This document shows, piece by piece, positions 59,753-64,000 of a DNA stretch of 64,000 nucleotides. This DNA comes from an uncultured Gemmatimonadales bacterium (GTDB lineage Bacteria > Gemmatimonadota > Gemmatimonadetes > Longimicrobiales > RSA9), in contig CAWFKH010000006.1 of assembly GCA_963816355.1 (NCBI GenBank), forward strand, positions 96,001 through 160,000, read 5' to 3'. The notes beneath the pieces were generated by a model. That model ran no database searches, was not told the DNA's origin, and worked only from the letters and a program-made list of their open reading frames with translations. The first letter of the stretch is position 1. The number at the start of each line of letters is the position of its first letter. A program made the translations under genes and the position numbers.

Positions 59753-59969
59753 AGACAAACCCCCGTGAAAATAACGACGGGATCCAGGATGGGGCCCCGG
59801 ATCCCGATCTCGCCCCGCGGCTCGGGGAAATTGGTACCGATTTCGTTCCGCCCGCAAGCTCCGTGACAATCCGCCCACGTTAAGGCCTAAGGTAGTGCAT
59901 CGGCCGCCGTGCGTCCAGACCCGCCACAATCGTTCCGGAGCCCCGCGCGCCGAGCGGCGCGGCCGTGGC

Positions 59970-60473
59970 TCAGGGACCGCCGGGCAGAAGGAGCTCGAAG
60001 CGCAGCGGCAGGACGCGTCGGGCGCGAGGGCCGGGCGCGGCGGGACTCTCGTCGCTGCGGTTGAACTGCGACGCCACGAAGACGCCGGCGGCCGCGACGC
60101 CGGCGCCGACGAGGAGCGCGGTGCGGGTGCGGTCGAGGCGCTTGAGCTCGACCTCGATGAAGTCCGGCGTGGGGACGCTCACGCGCTGGTTGATCGTCTG
60201 CAGTCCCGCGGCGCCCACCGACTGCACCGCGACGGGGACGAGGAGCATCACGGCGTCGCTCGTATTGACGAGCACCGAGCCCTGCAACACGGGCGAATTC
60301 CGGCCGAGCAGGGGAACGAGGTGCGCGGCGGCTTCGGGAGTGACGCGGGCGCGCACCTGCTGGCCGGGCCGTACGTCGGCGAGGTCGACGCGCCGGTAGG
60401 CGTAGCAGCCGGCGGAGGGGGAGAGGAGGAGCGAAACCGCGAGCGCGCGGGTGAGCCGGCCCGGCGTCGTCAC
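59970..60473 (-). CDS. Hypothetical putative lipoprotein
   Basis: GTG start overlapping the M14 stop; SAGC lipobox-like motif then CYAYRRV; C-terminal hydrophobic helix. Confidence 0.7.
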   Translation of the reverse strand: MTTPGRLTRALAVSLLLSPSAGCYAYRRVDLADVRPGQQVRARVTPEAAAHLVPLLGRNSPVLQGSVLVNTSDAVMLLVPVAVQSVGAAGLQTINQRVSVPTPDFIEVELKRLDRTRTALLVGAGVAAAGVFVASQFNRSDESPAAPGPRARRVLPLRFELLLPGGP

Positions 60474-63280
60474 TTCACCCCGCTCGTGGCGGCGGCGCTC
60501 TGGTCGAGCGCGTTGAAGAAGAGCTTGAAGGTGCCGTGCGGCTGCGCGCGGAAGAGGATCTCGGGGCCGAACAGGTAGAGCGTCCCCGTGCCGACGTCCG
60601 CCTGCGCGACCGCGGCGCCACCCTCGAGCACCTGCTGGCCCCACGCCCAGCCGCTGCGCAGCGGCTGGGCGCTGTCGTACCAGCCGATGCGGCGGACGCC
60701 GGCGGCGGCGGCGGAGTCGGCGATGGCGAAGACGGGCGAGTTGTCGAAGAAGACGTCGGCGTGCTCGTCCATTCCGAACGTCAGCGGCTGGCCGGTGTCC
60801 AGCCGCATCTCGAGCAGCGAGCCGGGGATGTAGTACTCCTCGCGGGTGAGCGGGCGGACCGTCCCATCCGGCAGCTTCTTCACGAGCTGGTCGCCCACTG
60901 GCAGGCCGAGCTCGCTCGCGAGCACGGTGGAGCTGCCGATCGTGATGATGCTTCCGCCCTGTCGCAGGAACTCGCGCAGCGCGGGTACCGTCTTCTCGAC
61001 CGTGAGCGAGCCGATCGTGGGCCAGTATTCGCGCGGCACACGGGAGGAGTCCGGCGCGCCGCCGAAGCCGCGGCGCGCGCCGTCCGGACCCGGCACCGCG
61101 CCGTCGACGAGGACGATCACGTCGTACTTCCGGCGCAGCTTGCCCGCGTCCAGTTGCTGAGCGTACACGCGCTGGTAGGAGAACTCCCACTGCTCGAGGA
61201 TCCAGCGCGTCCAGCCGGACGGGATGGAGCCGCCGTAGCGGTCCCAGAGCGCGATGCGGGGCGCCTTCAGCCGGTACTGCTCGCCGGCAGGTCGCGCGGC
61301 GACGGCGTCGAAGTGGAGGCCGAGGTCGGCGGCGGCGTTGCGGACGAGCGCCGGCGCGCGACCCCTTGCCGGCACGTAGAAGGAGCCCGCCTCGAAGGTG
61401 TGGCCGCCGGCGCTCCAGGGGCTCTTCAGGCGATACACGGGAGCGTCGGCGGCGAGCAGCCGGTTGGCGGCGCGGAAGGCGTCGTCGTAGCGCGGCGAGA
61501 GCACGTAGCCGACGGCGCCGGGTGTGCTCGCGACGTCGCCGGCGGGCAGCGGCACGTCGTCGCCCTGGATCGGCTGGAACGGACCGTCGAAGCGGTCCAG
61601 GATGCGGTCGAAGCGGACGCCCATCTGCAGCGCGAGGGTCCAGCCGGCGTTGTCATAGGGCGGGATCGGCGGACCGCCCGGATACGCGAAGTCGTTCGGA
61701 TGGTCCTGTGGCTCGAACATGTCGAGGACGTAGGGGCGGAACGCCTGCGCCGTGGGAACGACGAACGACCCCGCCGGATAGCGCTTGCCGCCCACGGTGA
61801 AGGCGGCGGTCGCGCGCTCGACGGTGACGCCAGCCAGCATCAGCTTGTGGACGAACTTCGCGGCGGTGGGGAAATCCGGCTGGTCGGCGGGCAGGATGTA
61901 GCCGCGCGGCGCGCGCATCCCGGGGCGGTGGAGCATCGCGTAGTAGCGGGCCGAGCGCGCGGAGTCGGGCGCGGCGCGGAAGCGGCGGCCGTTCGCGCCG
62001 CCGGTGCCGGCGCCGTCGTCGCGATCCGCCGCGAGCGCCTCGCGGGTCTCCTCGATGCGGTCCGGCGTCACGACCCAGCTGTCGCGGCTGCCGCGCTCGA
62101 TCTCGTTCGCGCCCATCCGGTAGGCGTTGTAGAGGAAGCTCTCGCGGTAGCGCTGCGCGACGTCGAGCACCGCGTAGTTGGCGGTGAGCGAGTAGTCGAC
62201 CGACTGGCGGAAGTGCCATTTTCCGGGCTTCACCGGGAGCGGCAGGTCGCCGTGCGGCAGCTGCATCGCGGGCAGGAACGGCACCTCGATCGGCGTCGGG
62301 TTGCCGATCGTCTCCGTGAGCAGGCCGACCATGTTGTGGAAGTACGCCGCGGTACGCAGGCCGCCGTTCCACCACGTCGAGTAGTTCGAGCCGCTGCGCG
62401 TCGTCACGCCGCCCTTGCCCTCGACGTCGAAGCGCGTGTGCATCGCCGCGCCCACGAGGTCGAGCTCGTTCACCACGATCGGATCGTAGACGTAGTTGAA
62501 CGGGTCGCGGAACGGTGGCGAGAACATCACCGTGCCGGCGGGGCCGGTCTGGTGGTGGTTGTAGATGATCTGCGGGAACCACTCGCGGTACTGCACGCGC
62601 TCCATGTTGCGCGTCTCGGGCATGTTGAGCGCATAGAAGTCGCGGTTGTTGTCGTGGCCCACGTACTTCTGGTAGAGGCGCGGGATGCCGTCCGTGGAGC
62701 GCTTCGTCGGGTCCGGCTCGCGCATGTACCAGCTCGAGACGAGCTGCATGCCGTCCGGGTTCGCCTGCACCGCGAGCACAATGACGTCGGACAGGATGCG
62801 GCGCGTCTCCGCGTCGTCCCGGCTCACCAGCTCGTAGACGGTCTCCATCAGCTGCTGCGCGCCGAGCACCTCCGTCGCGTGAAGACCGCCGTCGATCCAG
62901 ACGACCGCCTTCCCCTCGTGCGCCAGCGCCCGCGCCTGCTCGTCCGTCACCCCCTTCGCCAGCGCCAGACGCCGCGAGATCTCACGGTAGTGATCGAGAC
63001 GGGCGATGTTCTCCGGCGCGCTGATGATCGCCATGTACTGCGGCCGGTCCTCCGCCGTGCGCCCGATTTCGACCAACTTCATGCGGTCCGACTCCGACGC
63101 CAGCTTCTTCCAGTACGCGCTGAGATCGTCGTAGTCCGGGAGCACGTAATCCGCGCCGATCTCGTGGCCGAAGAACGTGACCGGGGTGGTGACCTTTGTC
63201 TGCGCCGCGAGAGCGGATACGGTGGCAAGCCAGAGCAGCACCAGGACGGGTGCGCTCCGGCGATGGTTCATCGTCCACAT
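60470..63280 (-). CDS. M14 family zinc carboxypeptidase-like secreted protein with a C-terminal GATase-like domain
   Basis: Signal peptide; LHATE, NPDG, HDNNRD, NHHQ; SGWTRWILE; PEILFRAQ. Confidence 0.9.
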   Translation of the reverse strand: MWTMNHRRSAPVLVLLWLATVSALAAQTKVTTPVTFFGHEIGADYVLPDYDDLSAYWKKLASESDRMKLVEIGRTAEDRPQYMAIISAPENIARLDHYREISRRLALAKGVTDEQARALAHEGKAVVWIDGGLHATEVLGAQQLMETVYELVSRDDAETRRILSDVIVLAVQANPDGMQLVSSWYMREPDPTKRSTDGIPRLYQKYVGHDNNRDFYALNMPETRNMERVQYREWFPQIIYNHHQTGPAGTVMFSPPFRDPFNYVYDPIVVNELDLVGAAMHTRFDVEGKGGVTTRSGSNYSTWWNGGLRTAAYFHNMVGLLTETIGNPTPIEVPFLPAMQLPHGDLPLPVKPGKWHFRQSVDYSLTANYAVLDVAQRYRESFLYNAYRMGANEIERGSRDSWVVTPDRIEETREALAADRDDGAGTGGANGRRFRAAPDSARSARYYAMLHRPGMRAPRGYILPADQPDFPTAAKFVHKLMLAGVTVERATAAFTVGGKRYPAGSFVVPTAQAFRPYVLDMFEPQDHPNDFAYPGGPPIPPYDNAGWTLALQMGVRFDRILDRFDGPFQPIQGDDVPLPAGDVASTPGAVGYVLSPRYDDAFRAANRLLAADAPVYRLKSPWSAGGHTFEAGSFYVPARGRAPALVRNAAADLGLHFDAVAARPAGEQYRLKAPRIALWDRYGGSIPSGWTRWILEQWEFSYQRVYAQQLDAGKLRRKYDVIVLVDGAVPGPDGARRGFGGAPDSSRVPREYWPTIGSLTVEKTVPALREFLRQGGSIITIGSSTVLASELGLPVGDQLVKKLPDGTVRPLTREEYYIPGSLLEMRLDTGQPLTFGMDEHADVFFDNSPVFAIADSAAAAGVRRIGWYDSAQPLRSGWAWGQQVLEGGAAVAQADVGTGTLYLFGPEILFRAQPHGTFKLFFNALDQSAAATSGVK

Positions 63281-63553
63281 CGGATCCTCACGAATCCAGG
63301 AAGCGGGTGACCCGATGGAAGAACCGGGTCGGCTGGTGGGCGGGACCGCGCGCGCGGCCGCGACGCTCGACATTCTGGTCCGCGCGGGCGGAGAAGTCAA
63401 CCGATGAGCGGCCGACGGGGAGAGGTGGGGTGCGCATGCCGAAACGGCGGGCGCTGGCCGCGTGGTGGTGCATGCGCGTAGACTTGAAAGAACGGGTGGG
63501 GAAGGGGGGAGTGCGGAGCGGGCACCGGCGAGGAGCGGAGGCGCCGACGGCGC

Positions 63554-64000
63554 ATGGCTGAGCCGACGAACACGGGGCTCGACGCGGCTCCGACGGCAGC
63601 GACGGAGGCGGAGGCGGTCCGAGGCCGGCACGGCATCCTCGCGGCGGCGCTCGCGCTGCTCTTCTTCGCGGTCGCGTTGTGGCTGATCGAAAGGGAGCTG
63701 CGCCACTACCGCTACAGCGAGGTGGTGGCGGCGCTGCGTGGCCTGGGTGCGGTGCAGATCCTGGAGGCCGTCGGTCTCACGGCGCTGAACTACGTGGTGC
63801 TGACCGGCTACGACTTCCTGGGACTGCGCTACATCCGGCGGCCCCTGCCGTACCACAAGAGCGCGCTCGCCGCCTTCGCGGGATACGCGATCGGTCAGGC
63901 GCTGGGCTTCCCGCTGCTGACGGCGGCGCCGATCCGCTACCGGCTGTATTCGGGGTGGGGCCTCTCGGCGGTGGAGATCACGCAGGTGGTCGCGTTCTAC
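63554..64000 (+). CDS. mprF: Partial (runs off window end): MprF / lysylphosphatidylglycerol synthase membrane domain
   Basis: Manual translation ..LTALNYVVLTGYDFLGLRYIRRPLPY..GFPLLTAAPIRYRLYSGWGLSAVEI; GGAGG RBS. Confidence 0.8.
   Translation, partial: MAEPTNTGLDAAPTAATEAEAVRGRHGILAAALALLFFAVALWLIERELRHYRYSEVVAALRGLGAVQILEAVGLTALNYVVLTGYDFLGLRYIRRPLPYHKSALAAFAGYAIGQALGFPLLTAAPIRYRLYSGWGLSAVEITQVVAFY

Overview
Very GC-rich bacterial chromosomal segment. A Gemmatimonadota-like origin is inferred from overall gene content only. It holds about 50 genes, mostly housekeeping, envelope and transport: three ABC exporters, MATE, CDF, MgtE, a cation:proton antiporter, GT2/GT9/GT39 glycosyltransferases, M14/M48/M56/S41 peptidases, beta-carbonic anhydrase, RecQ, YajQ, rpsU, two cold-shock proteins and partial MprF. 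PEP carboxylase carries a single frameshift. An IS graveyard at 33.8-36.0 kb contains an IS256-like remnant, a full-length but frameshifted ISL3 with an 8-bp target duplication, and IS21 istA/istB fragments. I recognised no rRNA, tRNA, CRISPR array or reverse transcriptase. The most unusual signal is non-coding. (1) A ~170-180 bp double-hairpin element with fixed geometry occurs twice, once just upstream of an AbiEi/DUF559 nuclease gene. (2) Two other long intergenic palindromes occur at 533-642 and 32026-32206. (3) Two 13-bp tandem arrays face each other in inverted orientation. (4) A G-quadruplex-like repeat sits 30-50 bp past the stop codon of three unrelated genes. Clear sigma70 promoters, BlaI-type operators and a terminator-like hairpin inside a csp leader are also readable. 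All product calls come from motif recognition by eye; no database search was run.
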